In this document: one piece after another, positions 40,474 through 54,188 of the stretch
Layout of the letters: each line of letters begins with the position of its first letter
Position numbering within the stretch: the stretch's first letter is position 1
Source of the DNA: Pseudovirgaria hyperparasitica
Taxonomy: Eukaryota
Direction: 5' to 3' (one strand)
DNA length: 64,000 bases
Assembly (NCBI GenBank): GCA_010093815.1
Contig: ML996572.1
Made by a program: the position numbers and the translations under genes
Notes under the pieces: generated by a model
Database searches by the model: none
What the model saw: only the letters and a program-made list of their open reading frames with translations
What the model was told of the DNA's origin: nothing

Positions 40474-41581
40474 ATTCACGACATAACGAGTGGCTTTTAT
40501 GCCGTGATTGATTCGACCTGGGGTATATGATACACGAATCGAGGAACTTGGTTTTCGTAACCAAGCGCAAGGGGGTTCAACAACTAGAACCCGTCGTTCC
40601 CGACTCCTTTACTGGTCGAACATGAACTTCGATCAGCTTTCTCAATTTCCTATCTTTCTCTTCCGACTCCGCCAAAACTTCTGCCTTCCTTTGAGATCCT
40701 GCTTACTGCTTTGGCCTATCGCTCAGACCACACCCTGAAGCACTCATCCAGTAGTGGTATGGCTTCATTCAAAGGTACTGTCGTTCCCCGGTAAACACAA
40801 GGATTACATCCTCTGAATATGTGCCCACACACTGGGCATGTTTTCCGTAGGTTTGCGCTGATGATCTTAGAGCCATCGTAAAGCTTAACAAGGGGCAAAC
40901 AGTCGGGATATTCGACAGTTAAGCATGCTCGTTACTCCATGAGGTAGTGTGTGGGTTGCAGACATGTCAGGCAGGGCCTCCTTAAGAAAATTAGTGCGAT
41001 GGAATCTAGTCTCCTCCGAGGCTGATCGCCTAACATTGTCGCATTTCAATCGCTGTAAGGTCGCAGTTCAACGTTCAATAGGCCTGGTGCACAGCAATCT
41101 CAAATCAGGTTCAGGTGTGGCGAGGAAGGACGTGAGTTTAAGTGGAGAGTTACCATTGAATAACAACAACGCCACGGTAGAATGTCATTGTTGGCAGACT
41201 ACAATGAGAAGACGGGCCCTGCATCCAGTTACCACGATGGATTCTGCTGGCTTGCAGATGTACACTTGACGACCTTGATCAGGGTTTCTTTCATGCCGAA
41301 GGATACAGTTGTATCAGTGTCTGATGCATTTCATGAATCTTGAAGACCTCTTTAGTAAGAAGCGAATATATTAAAGATGATCTTCATGTAAAAAGCCTTA
41401 GCTAATATGCCAACATTATAGAAGCGCGCGACTATACCTATGGCATACAGAATCGAAAAGCTAGGCGCAATTACAGTGGGAAGAAAAGCATACTAAGGTC
41501 ACTCTCGTACCAAAGTAAGAGCTTATCATAGAGAGTATAACACATTGAGGAATATGGTGAGACACTAATGATGTATAAATG

Positions 41582-42770
41582 TTAAGATGGGATCTGAATT
41601 ACAAGCTTCTTCCCATGAACCTCACCGCGACACAGCATCTCTAATCCTTTTATGATCCCGCCTAATCCACCTCTAATTTCTTGGACCGGATGAGTCTTGA
41701 GCAAGTCGCTATCAACTAAGTCTTGTATTTGCTTCGCGCTCGCAACCCCAAGCTCATACTTTCGCTCATCGTATTTTCGAGTGTAGGGGCCAGGACCTAA
41801 ATTCAATGACACGCCATTTGCTTCTGGGCACATGACCATTTCGATCGATATCGACCGTCTAGTCCTCCAAGATTCGTCAAATGCTTCCAGGCATACATAT
41901 CGGCCACCAGCTCGGCTTAGTATTTTCATGCAATTTGCTGCAGACTGGGCGTCAGTGATGCAATCGATGACGTATCGGACCGAGGATGCTTTTGTGAACT
42001 GCCTCACAATTCGCAGAATGTCCTGTACGCAAGATTCTGATGTATAGGATACCGTGGCGATGGCACCATACTCCATCGCCAAAGGAGCTGAACGTTCAGA
42101 TGTTACCGCAATCGGCAGGTATCCACTCCTGTACGCAGTGTTCGTCAGCTGAAGAAGATTTTAACAGGTAAAGATGCACTTGCAATCGAAGCAATTGGCA
42201 CATCATAGTACCTGAAGCTGTAGCTCCGCCATATATCACAACGGGTAGTTGAGTCTCTTGCAATGGCTCAGAAGGTCGTCCCTGCAAGCCTAAGCTTGCG
42301 CAATCCCAGAGGGCCAAAGAAGCAGTCTTCCATCCGATGCCACCAAGCGCCGCAGCTTCCATGTTGGACCATCTTTTTGGTACTCGAATGAGTAGATGAA
42401 TATCAGCTACGATATATTGGGCAAACGCCCCTTCTAATGGTCGCTGAGAGTTATTGCCAACTACGCTTCCACAAACTCGGTCGTTCATAGTGATTCGAGC
42501 ACTTTCAGCGATCTTTGGTTCCTCATCTTCGCCAAATGCCAAGCCTACTACAATACCACAAAAATCGCAACCAACTCTGGTGCCGGGCGAGGGAAAGTAC
42601 TTGGCCATCTTGTAATCGAACGGATTTAGTGCTACTGCAAGAGTTCTGATCAAGGCATGACCGGGAGACAAAATGGGTGTCGGTTCATCGTGCGAGAGAC
42701 ACAATGGAAGCGATTCTGATGTTTTGCATCCGTTGATCTGCACCAGCGCAGTCTGTCTCTTGAGTTCCAT
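41582..42770 (-). CDS. Trans-acting enoyl reductase (LovC/TenC/ApdC-type PKS-NRPS partner)
   Basis: AVALNPFDYKM, GCDFCG, GAFAQY, VIYGGATASGTM, DCITDAQS and GEVHGKKLVI. GC-AG intron 42129-42183 restores QLLRL|SGYLPIA. Confidence 0.92.
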
Positions 42771-43535
42771 GAGATCCCCGTAAATAAAGACTGGAAAATC
42801 CTAAAATTGAGCGATTACTATCTCGTGGAAGTAAACCCTTTACAGTCGGTAATATTAGTAAGGAGACAGTGAAGCTTTGCGCTGTACCTCTCCAGTTTAT
42901 CCTCGAAGGATGCTGTAGGGGTACGTACATATTGCAGCGTTCCGATGTAAGAATCTCGGCATCATAAGACGTCTGCATGGCAGAAATCGCTGATGTATGA
43001 GCCAAGGTAGAAGCTTCCTCACGAGATATGGGCCGATATGCAGGCATACACCTTTGAGCATGATGTAGCATTGCATGAGCCCACTACATCATTAGCATGT
43101 CGACCTGACGCTGTATCTACTAATGTTGACCCCCTGCAGAGTCACACTAGAATTAATCAACCTTGCATTTGCTGAAACGCAAGAATATCAGTAAATGAGG
43201 TGACAATAATTACAGAATCCTTCCTACAGTTGGGCAAATCAACCAGCGGCACCGGGCATGCAGTGTTGCAGTGTTACGAGTGACATTCATCGGACCGATT
43301 TGGCAATGCGACTAGACACTAGTCATCAATCTCGGTCTAGGGTCATTGCTGACGATGCTCTAACTTCAAGATTCAGGATATCTCGGACGGTAATGATTTA
43401 GGCTTTGTCATAAGATGTTGATTTGTTTCCTGTTCATCATGCTTTGAGACGATCTTGCAATACATGTTATTTAAAATTGTTTCTGCTGTGTGCTACGGGC
43501 TCTGGGATGCTACCTATTTCGCATGAAAGATACTC

Positions 43536-45399
43536 TCAAAGTGACCTAAGTTTCACAAAGGCTTGCTTCGGATGTCGAAAGACGGCTTCTTGTCCACATA
43601 AGTTGCGAAACTCGTCATCTAGGGGGAGGAATTCGAAATTCAGTACCAGAAGTGCTACGAAAATGCGAAGCTCATACATCGCGAGTCTTTTGCCTATGGA
43701 CAGTTAGTTGATCTACTTTGAGCCAATTGTATTAAGAAGTGACAGCTTTACCAAAGCAGCCCCGAAACCCTCCACCAAAGACCAGGGTTGGTAGTGCATG
43801 AGGATTGAAAGTTTCTTGTCCTGTGGTCGCACGACTTAGCCAGCGGCTGGGCTCAAAAATTTCCAGAGACTTTTCTGCGTGGCCATTAATGCTGCTGCTT
43901 CGTGAATTCTTTTCATAAGCAGCCCTGCTGGTAGGACTACGAAGGTCTTCGGGGATGTTCCTCGGGGTTTTCAGTACTCTTGTATTCATGATAACATCTG
44001 TTCCGGCTGGAACATGATACCCAAGTATTTGAGTATCGACTGTCGTACGCCGAACGATCGCACCAGCAGTTACGGCAAAACGGAGTGTCTCCTGCAGAAA
44101 TGCATCCAGATACGGAATATCCGTATCAATGATATCGGTAGCAGAAATCTTTGATCGAGGTTTTGAGAATGACGACTGCAGCGCCTTTCTCAATTCATTT
44201 TGAGCTGACTGATAGAGACTTAAGAATTTAACACACCACGCAAGTGTATTACCCGTGGAGTCAATGCCCTATGCAGGACCACTTTAGCCACAATAACGAT
44301 AAGTTCAGCTTGGAGAAATGTCGTATTTACTTACCGCCATTAAGAAAAGCATTAGTTCTTCGAGCAAGGCCGTACTCCCTTCAGTAGTATAGACATCCTG
44401 AGAATCTTGCTTCGCGGTGATCATGAGCTCTCGTCTCAGAACAAGATCCATTGCACAGGTTTCATATTCGTCGTAATTGTCGGAACAACTCTTCGAAATC
44501 TGCATATGCCGGTCGCGAGATGCTGATACAAGTCGCTGCAGCTCGTCCCTCATGAATTTTTTGATGCGACGGTATCGAGAGCCGAATTTGATGTACTTGA
44601 GCTGTAGTGAGGCCATCCCTGATCCAGTGAATGCAGCCACAGTTTCATCGATGAATTGCATAGTGTCGAGAAACATCTCGCGGGATGATTGTGCTGCTCG
44701 TGGCGTAATGTTTCCTCCTGTACATTCTGCGGCGTCTACTGCGAACGACCTATGATTCTCAAAGGCTGCTAGCTGATCTCGCAGCATTCCTAAATCGCTA
44801 CCAAGTACAGCCGCCCACATCATGTCCATGGCTGCATCGTTAAAGTCTTTCTTGGTTTCAAAAGGTGCTTCTCCATTTTGCTCAATTTTCAATCGCCACA
44901 CTTCCATCAAGTGTAGGACTGTGGTATGTACATTGGAAGCGACTACTCGTCTCAAGAAGGAAGTGCTCATGGTATCAGCCCATATCCTTTTCTGAAGTTT
45001 TAGAAATGGAGTTGTAGATTGAGCAATAGAACATTTAGGAAGCAGGTATTCGAAAAATGTGGCAGTCGTAGCAGAGCGATCGAACTCTTGATGCCTTCTT
45101 TTGAGGATATCTTCAGCCTCGCGAGGGTCATCTACAAGAACTGTGATGTTGCGAAACGAAGGAATAAGGAGTTGTGCAATAGGCGAGTTTATCCTCTCGT
45201 TGACGAGGAAGAGAGCCTCGCTCTGCTCTTGTGTCTTCGATGCGTGAGCGGCAATATCTACAGCGTCACCAAGAAAACGTTTCACTGATGCAGGGTTATG
45301 CGGGAGACCGAAGGAGGGTTTAGGAAATAATTTGGAAGAAATCTTGAAAAGTATAATAATGATAGCGGAAACAAGGGAAACTAGCATCAGATTCGCCAT
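43536..45399 (-). CDS. Cytochrome P450 (resembles TenA/ApdE-type ring-expansion P450s and TRI13-like clade)
   Basis: Three exons. N-terminal anchor plus PKP..LPHNP..LGD, DPREAEDIL..EFDR, I-helix LMA|GIDSTG, ETLR, FEPSRW and heme motif FGGGFRGCF|GK. Confidence 0.9.
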
Positions 45400-45599
45400 G
45401 ATGCAAGTTGGTAATATTCTTATGAAGGATAAGACTATGAGTAGAATCCTTAGGCAAGGTAAATAGCAAATCTTATGACGAGTACATGCGAACGATAGAG
45501 GAATGGCCCGGAGGTAATGTAAACCATGGATACTCCTCCGCAGGCCTTGTATTATTAATGACGTGTCTTGAAACTGTTTCGGATATACACACCGAGCTA

Positions 45600-46110
45600 G
45601 TATTAGAGTCGAGTCCGCTTAACCCTCGCGCCTTTCCTTTTTGATACTATTAAATATAAAAGTAGTAAACTAAGAGTATTAATATTATTAATAGCTCCGC
45701 TCTAGTAATGAAAGAACTATAGAGAGAATTCTATATAGTAGCGTTAAGATTTTTTAATAGTACTAGAATATATAATATTCCTTAATTACTTATTATATAT
45801 AATAGATATCTAGTACTCTATATAATTAAGCTAGAAGTCTTAAATATATATATTGTATATTCTTAATTGACACTAATTTTAGATTTCTATAGACTATATA
45901 ATATATAATAGAGTTTCAAGATATATATTATATAGAATAGTAAAATTATAGTTAACTTAAACTCTACTCTATAACTATTTATAATAGTAAGTAGCTAGTA
46001 GAGAATTATTTATTAAATTATACTCTAATTATAAAAGAGAATATATAGATATAATAGGTACTTAAAACTACTAAGTCTAGTGTAATATATATACCTCTAA
46101 TTACATACAT
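45600..46110. repeat. RIP-degenerated AT-rich repeat remnant in the divergent P450 promoter
   Basis: Abrupt stretch of about 500 bp, extremely AT- and TpA-rich with almost no CA/TG dinucleotides. Boundaries are approximate. Confidence 0.7.
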
Positions 46111-46358
46111 AGCTTACTAGTGCATAAGTTTCCTGAGGTAATTGGGACTTAGCGCTAGCGTCATCCAGGATGCATGATACATAACGCTAGCTGCTTTGTT
46201 ACCACGCTAAGGCACGCTTAATATGCGTACCCCACAATCTTGCTTTAGTGTAGAGCATAGTAGCAACGACTGATTTAAATAGTGGCAGCCAGTCCGCACA
46301 GATGGATTTACTACATTAGCATGTGAGTTGAGTTTGGACACGCATAACAAGACCGAAT

Positions 46359-48400
46359 ATGAAGGACTACTTTATCGAAAAAATGCATGACTTTGCCTCT
46401 TGCAGCATGCTACTTACAGGATTTGCGGTAACGGTAAAGAACGGTTTGACAGCTTTATCTTGACCAGATGTCTAAGTACGGCCCACAGGCTTTCGTCTCC
46501 ATCATTATACGGGTCCTATATTTACTATACTTACATCCTTATGCGAAGTATCCCGGCCCAAAGATTGCAGCAATAAGCGACGCTTGGTGGGGTTACCAGT
46601 GGTACATTATCAAGCTCTTAAGCAACCAGTAGGGAAGTCGTTGACCCAAGCTCTTAGGTTGTCGGGTCGATATCCATGGGCGATCGAGGCGTCCTTTAAG
46701 AAATATGGCATGTGAAATCATGAAGTATTACATAGCGAGTACGCTTATTAACAGACATAGGCGACGTTTTTCGTATTGCACCTAACGAGATTGCTATATT
46801 TCCCTTTGAAGCACACCAAGGTAATATCGCCTGGCTGCTATGTTCAATGCTTTATCTAAAAGGAAACAGACATGCTTCTCAGCGGCCGTAATGGATCGGC
46901 AACATTTATCAAGACAGATATACATCCTACATTCACACCAGGGGAGCTGGGCGTCTTTGCTGAAAGAGACATCGAAAAGCATCGAAGCAGCAAACAGGTA
47001 TTATCTCGTGCATTCAGTCTTGCTGCTCATAAAAACCAAGATACGGCGCTTCATAGTATTGTGGACGGCTTCATTCACCAAATTGAGGCGAAGAAACTCC
47101 CTGAAGACGACGTCAATGTCACTGAGGTACGTAAAAAGCCTTCGGATATCTGGTTTTTCATCTCATTGACGCGCAAACGCCTGCAGTGGTTCGGATGGCT
47201 TGCTGCTGACCTCATTGGTGAGATGAGCATTGGACATAGCTTTGAGAATGTATCCTCAGGTGCGCGAAATCCTGCGAAGGATATGGTATCTTTATGTCGG
47301 GGAAAGAAAACCGTTACTGAAACCTCTTAGGTCGTGCAAATGTTTTCATCAGGAACTTCTTTGTAACAGCTCCACTCACAAACCTTTTAACGGTCCTGAC
47401 ACGTTTCCCATGTATGGGTCCGCTCGTACGCTGGAATATTCCTCGAAAAACTCTAAAACCTCTTGTTGACGTTCTAGACGAACTCAAGACTGGTCTCAAG
47501 GAGCGGGTAAGTCAGGGGAGTAGTGTGAAGCACAATGACTACTTCACGCCACTTCTTCAACAAAACAAATCAGTTTACAGCGAGGATTTCCTGTTCTCCC
47601 AGCTCACTGCAATTGTGATTCCTTTAGAAGCAGTCGCCAGTCTCATGCAGTCCATCGTAACCTGTCTTGGTCTACACCAGGATATATTGAAGAAGGTCCA
47701 AGCCGAGATTAGGACAAACTTCGCTACTTGGGAAGACCTTGAGGAAGCTGATGTACTTCAAGGTCTTCCATGGCTGAGTGCTGTGGTCAATGAATCTCTG
47801 CGATTTCATACTATCGCAACATTTCCGCAGCCTCGTGTAAGCCCTGGTGGCGTTATTGGTGGGTATTACATACCGAAAGGCGTAAGTGTACCGCAAAATT
47901 ATTGCTACGGTGTCCGACTATATTATTGAGAATACAATGTTAACATCATCATAGTGTCGAGTTCAATCATCTACTTTCTCCATGTTCCGAAGTGAACGGT
48001 ACTTTAAAAAAGCGCGGGAGTATCATCCAGAGAGGTGGTTGCCACCCTCGCATGCTGACTACGATAATATTTTTGACAATGACAACCGTGCTGTCTTTCA
48101 ACCTTTTAGCAGTAAGTTTTTCCAGTGCCTGTGCGAAATCCTTCATCTACCTTTCAAATACAAGAACAAGGTTGCCATGAGTCATGATCTGAATTTCATA
48201 TAGTGGGTCCACGGAAATGTCTGGGATTTGTCACAGCAGATCGACAAGCTCGTGCCGTTATCTCTAAACTCCTTTGGAAATTCGATTGGGAGATTGGGAA
48301 TGCTTCAGACCTCGATTGGGAACGTGACATGAAAGTATATCAGGTCACTGTTAGACCAACGGTTTTGGTGAAGTTCAAGCCATGCCGACACCAGGATTGA
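46359..48400 (+). CDS. Cytochrome P450 (resembles TenB/ApdB/LepD-type pyridone tailoring P450s)
   Basis: Nine exons splice in frame: LHPYAKYPGPKIAAIS, W|LSGRYPWAIE, Y|GDVFRIAPNE, ESLR, HPERW and heme motif QPFS|MGPRKCLG. One GC-AG intron at 46708-46760. Confidence 0.9.
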
Positions 48401-49079
48401 TCTGTTAGTGTGAAGGATACATCCTCATGGCCGTGGTAAGTACTATTGCGCAAGACGACGATTTAGATAGCTACTTCATTCAGATGCGTTCATCCTACTA
48501 GCAGGTACTCACGTCTGTTGGACATTCGAAATGGAGCTAGTAGTCACATGGCAAATTCAGACATATCAAAGGATTGCGCTTAAATCGCTCAGACTACATT
48601 TCCAAGTAACTGTTCATTCTTGGGCAGCTATAGGTGACCATAAATTCGCCGGAGATGCTAAGTAATAGAGTCTTCCTTGCTAGAGATAGGAAATGAGAGG
48701 GTAATTGATAGCATCTATAAGCGACTTCCTCAAGTACACACACCATAATGCCAACTAGGGAACTTTATAGCGCTAATTCCTTAATGGTCAATAGTCATAA
48801 TATATCATTGAAGTTTCTATGGTAAAATAAAATATGTTTCTAACTACTAATATAATTATTAGCATCCGTCGTTTTCCTAGTTGAAACTAACGAGCTAGTA
48901 CTAGTACACGCGTGTTCTTACCTCTGGCTTTCTACTTATCTTAAGCCTTTCCTACTTCTATAATTATGACTAAGTATATGAGAGTAGTAAAAATAGATAC
49001 AATAGATAATTAGATTAATCTCTATCTACCTATGTATCTCTATTTATAAAGTCTATTTAACTTAGAAAAACAGAAGAGT

Positions 49080-52000
49080 TGTTAGGGCTGACACCAGGAT
49101 AGACTTAACTGGACTACTATGGTCCAGTACGGTCCGTGATAGGTGGACCTAGGTTAAGCCAGCTAGAATAAGCGAGACCACTATATAAGTAGACCGTATA
49201 TACTTAATTTCTACTCTTTAGAAATTAACCTTATTAGAAGAGTAGACTACCCTTTTAAATATATTCCCGAATCCTCCTATAATCTATTAGACTACTATTC
49301 TACGTCTATAATCCTTATATTTTAATTCCTCTTTATATAGCACGATAGTAGTTTATAGAAATAGCTCTAACTACTCGTTATAATACTCGTAGCACCGCCT
49401 CTTATAGTAGACCTTCTTCTAACCTAAATAAGAAGAATAGTCTACCTATAACTACCCCTACTAATAACTATATCTTATAGACTATTATACTAATAACTCG
49501 TACGATATTCCGTATAACTATAGAAGATATTATAGAATATAAGGATAGAGTCTATTATACTCTATCTTAGTCTAGTTCAAACTATACTAGATCTAACCTT
49601 AACACGAGGCTAGACCTTATTAATATTAACGAGTTAATCTATTAGAATCGCCTAACGTTAACTATACCTTATAATAATATATATACTAGACTATATAAAG
49701 AGAGGTAATAATAGATTTAACTTAAGTAATAACTACATAAACTCGACGAAGCTTAAGAACATACTACAAGACTTAAAGCTATATTACGCGCTTTAGTTCT
49801 AGTAACGACTAATCTATATTTATATAGATCTATACTAACTAAAATAATCTATTCTAGTCTACTACTATTCTAATTACCCCGACCTAAGAAACTACCTTAC
49901 TTTAATAGTAAAAGTAGAAAGAGTTTCTACGTATAGGCTTACTAATATAGCCGATTCTTCTATCTATTTACGAATAATAGCGATAAAATTAGATTCGTCT
50001 AGAACTACCTTAACCTAACGCCTTTAGAATATTAGATAGTATACTAAATCGAACATTCTAAGGATACCTATAACTAGGACACGTTTACTAAATTTCTCCT
50101 CTAATATTTTAGCGATAGAGCTAAACGACGCGACTAGGCCTAGAGCTATATCTTCGAGACTCGATAACGAGATAATTAGTTACTATTATAACTCCTTAAA
50201 TACCTTTAGCCTCTCTAGAGAGAAGCCGAAGAAGATCGTATAATTCGATAGTATAACAACTTTAAACGGTCCCTCGCCCTAAATATAAAGGACCGTCTCG
50301 ACCTTATAATAATAATCTCTATAGATCTCTAAGCTCTTATAAACCTCGTGGAGTAATACTAGCGTATAATAAATAATTAACGCTACGCTAGTGTATAACT
50401 ATCCCTAATAATCTAATCTAATATAAAATCATCTAACTAAAACCGATTTAGTAATAGATCTCGTAGAACGTTATAAGGCTACTACTACGCCTTAAATTTA
50501 AAACCACGCGGATTATATCGTGGATCTCCCTACTAATCGATATATTAAGATATAAGAACCGACTTATATAAATAACCTAAAGTTACTTACTATACCTATA
50601 GTAGAATAGGCTATATAGCACCTAAGTACCGTTTAGGGAAGCTACTAAGTACTAATATAACTAACTAACTAGTTATATACTATAAGTGCTAGTAGCTAGG
50701 ATATATCGCGCCTAACTATCTAGTATAGAATATAAAAAACTAATAGTCTACGAGAAACTCTCGCGACTTATAGACACGACTATAATAGAGAGGTAATCCG
50801 CTAAATAGTATATTAAACTATAGGCTAGACCTATTAAGGTCCCTCGTGGATAATATTAGATTATAATACTTAATAGTAGGTTAGCTACTAACGTTATATC
50901 GACCTAACGAGCACGAGAACTTAACGCCGATATCTAAGCTCTAATAGATACTATATTCTATAGTATCGACGGTCCTATTAAGTTATATAGTACCTATACT
51001 ATTAAATATAGTATCTAGGATAGCGGAGGGAAATAGAAACTCTACTACTTAACCTTTATCGTGGTAGATAGTCCCTTTAATATAATTCTAGNNNNNNNNN
51101 NNNNNNNNNNNNNNNNNNNNNNNNNNNNNNNNNNNNNNNNNNNNNNNNNNNNNNNNNNNNNNNNNNNNNNNNNNNNNNNNNNNNNNNNNNNNNNNNNNNN
51201 NNNNNNNNNNNNNNNNNNNNNNNNNNNNNNNNNNNNNNNNNNNNNNNNNNNNNNNNNNNNNNNNNNNNNNNNNNNNNNNNNNNNNNNNNNNNNNNNNNNN
51301 NNNNNNNNNNNNNNNNNNNNNNNNNNNNNNNNNNNNNNNNNNNNNNNNNNNNNNNNNNNNNNNNNNNNNNNNNNNNNNNNNTAACCTCTATATAGACCTA
51401 TCTACCCTCTTTTAGAACCTAAGTTATAAGCCCTTCGAGAATATATCGAAAAGAACCTTATATAAGAATAGATTAGACCTAGTATATCCCTAGCTAGAGC
51501 TCTAATCCTCTTTATAAAGAAGAAGGATAGAAGCCTCTATCTATATATCGACTACCGTGGCCTAAATAATATTATATAAAAGAATCGTTACCTACTATCT
51601 CTTATCTCTAAGTCTATTAATAGACTAGAACGTATAAAGATCTTTACTAAGCTCGATCTACGTAATACCTACTATTACCTTCATATTAAGGAAGGCGATA
51701 AATAGAAAACGACTTTTAGGACCCGTTATAGATACTTTAAGTATACCGTAGTCCCTTTTAGACTAACTAACGCGCTAGGTACCTTCTAAGTATATATTAA
51801 TAACGCGCTAGTAGGCCTACTCGACACGATATATATCGTATACCTAGATAATATCCTTATCTTCTTAGATAACGAGGAGGAGTATATCTAGTACGTACGT
51901 ATAGTCCTAGATAGACTAGAAAAGTATAAGCTATATATTAAGCTATCTAAATGCGAGTTCTATTAGGACTATATTAACTTTCTTAGCTTCGTTATTACTA

Positions 52001-54188
52001 ATTAAGGTATAACTATAGAGAGAGATAGAGTTACTACTATTATAGACTAGCCTAAACTAAAATCCGTTTAAGATATACGTGTCTTTATTAGCTTCGCTAA
52101 CTACTACTAAAAATTTATTAAATACTTCTCCCGTTTAGCCGCACTACTTAATATACGTACTACTACTACTAACTCGTCTATTACGGTCTATAGTAGATAG
52201 AAATAGCGTAATATTAAATTATAATCTATTAAATTAACTAAGATCGAAAGAATATCCTTCGAGAAGATTAAAGAAGCATTTATAACCGCCCTATTACTAG
52301 TGTACTTCGACCTAACTAAACCTATTCGCGTCGAAACTAATATATTAGGATTTATAATCTCGGGTATACTCTTCTAGCCTAGACTAATAGAGTCTAAAAA
52401 GGTCTAATAGTATCTAGTTACGTTCTTCTNNNNNNNNNNNNNNNNNNNNNNNNNNNNNNNNNNNNNNNNNNNNNNNNNNNNNNNNNNNNNNNNNNNNNNN
52501 NNNNNNNNNNNNNNNNNNNNNNNNNNNNNNNNNNNNNNNNNNNNNNNNNNNNNNNNNNNNNNNNNNNNNNNNNNNNNNNNNNNNCTAGCTAATAGAATAT
52601 TAAGAAGACCTAACTATAAAGAAGGCGCCTAGAATTATAGTAGCTATAGGGTCCTAGAGTAGCTATAGGCCTAACTCTTAAGGACGAGATTAGATAATAA
52701 GTTATCCGATAATTAGCGAGATACTAACGCCGATGCTAGTAATTAAATTTATAAGACTAAAGCTAGTAACCAAAGACGCGGTACCGAAGTCCCTAGTAAG
52801 CTATTTATCGGCGCTATTAGAGAGGGCGATAGTGCCTAGCGTATATATTAAGTAGACCTCGCCTAGTTAATCGCGGATCTATAAAAGATAGACCTAATAG
52901 TTTTAAAGTTATATAAAATATAGTAAGATAGGTTATTACGGACCGAAGTAGACTATAAGTAGACCTTTATAGACGGCTTACTCTACTATAATAGAAAGTA
53001 CTATATACCAACGGATAACACACGATTTACTATAGTTAGCCAATACTATAACACTAACCTAATAGAATATTTCGGGTATATACGCACCCTAAGCTTGATT
53101 TATTAGTACTATTTTTAGAAAGATATACCTAAGTACGTCGAAGAATAGATAGCTACTTATCTAATTTATTAAAGAATAAAGGTACCTAGGCATAAGCTAT
53201 ATAGGAACTTATAGCCTCTACTAGTCCCCCTCTTTATATAGGAAGATATTACTATAGATTTTATAGTTAACTTACCTCTAAGCGAGATACTTAGGATAAG
53301 TTATAATTTAATTCTTATTATCGTAGATAGACTTATAAAGATGTCTAGGTACGTCTCTATATAGAAGACGATTATATTAAAAGAACTAGTATAAGTATTC
53401 TAGAATAAGATTATTAAGGTCTATAGTATACTAAAAAGGATCGTTATAGACCGAGGGAGTATATTCATATCTAAATTCTAGACGTCATTCTACGAAATGG
53501 CCGGTATAAATAGAAATATATTAATAGTATTCTATCCATAAATAGATAGTTAGATAGAGCGATAGAACTAAACGCTCGAGGCCTACCTTCGTGTATTCTA
53601 TAATTTTAAATAAGATAACTAGGCCTCTCTACTAAGTATAGTAGAATTCGCGTATAATAATAGTCGTTATAGTATAATAGGTGTTACGCTCTTCTAGGTA
53701 AACCTAGAACGTAGTCTAAGAATAGGTTTCGAACCTTATACGGTCTAGTTCGACCGAATAATAGATATTAACGTCCACGCGTAGGAACTAGCGATTAAAA
53801 TCTTTAAAACCGTACATAACTATCGTGTAATAATCTAGTAAGTGAATAAGTCGTATATAAAGTACTATAATAGATTAGTTAAAGATTAAGCGTACGAGAA
53901 GGGAGATAAAGTCCTCCTTAACGTCTATAATATATAAATATCGCGAGTAAATAAAAAGCTCGATTATAAAATGGCTGGTCCCTTCCGAATTAAACGTTAT
54001 ATTAGTATAAGAGTCTATAAGCTTAACCTAGGAAATGATATAAAAGTCTATAATATATTCTACGTCTTATTACTTAAAAGGTTTCGACCTAACGTATATA
54101 AACGTATAAACGTGTAATTATACTCTATTATACTCTAAGATAGACTAGACGTATATAAAGTAGACTATATTATCGAATATAGGCTCGA
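49080..54188 (+). mobile_element. Ty3/Gypsy chromovirus element A, RIP-inactivated, interrupted in its chromodomain
   Basis: Starts TGTTAGG. gag with two CCHC knuckles (about 50590-50720, Cys codons now TAY), protease, RT (YLDD read as TAC CTA GAT AAT at 51841), RNase H and integrase. The chromodomain start (VYxV..I) is cut at 54188. Contains assembly gaps 51092-51381 and 52430-52584. Confidence 0.88.

Noticed and set aside
40508..41269. Cys-containing short ORFs (CPVCGH) at the cluster edge as a possible regulator remnant
   Set aside because: Spacing does not fit a zinc-finger pattern and the frames are broken.
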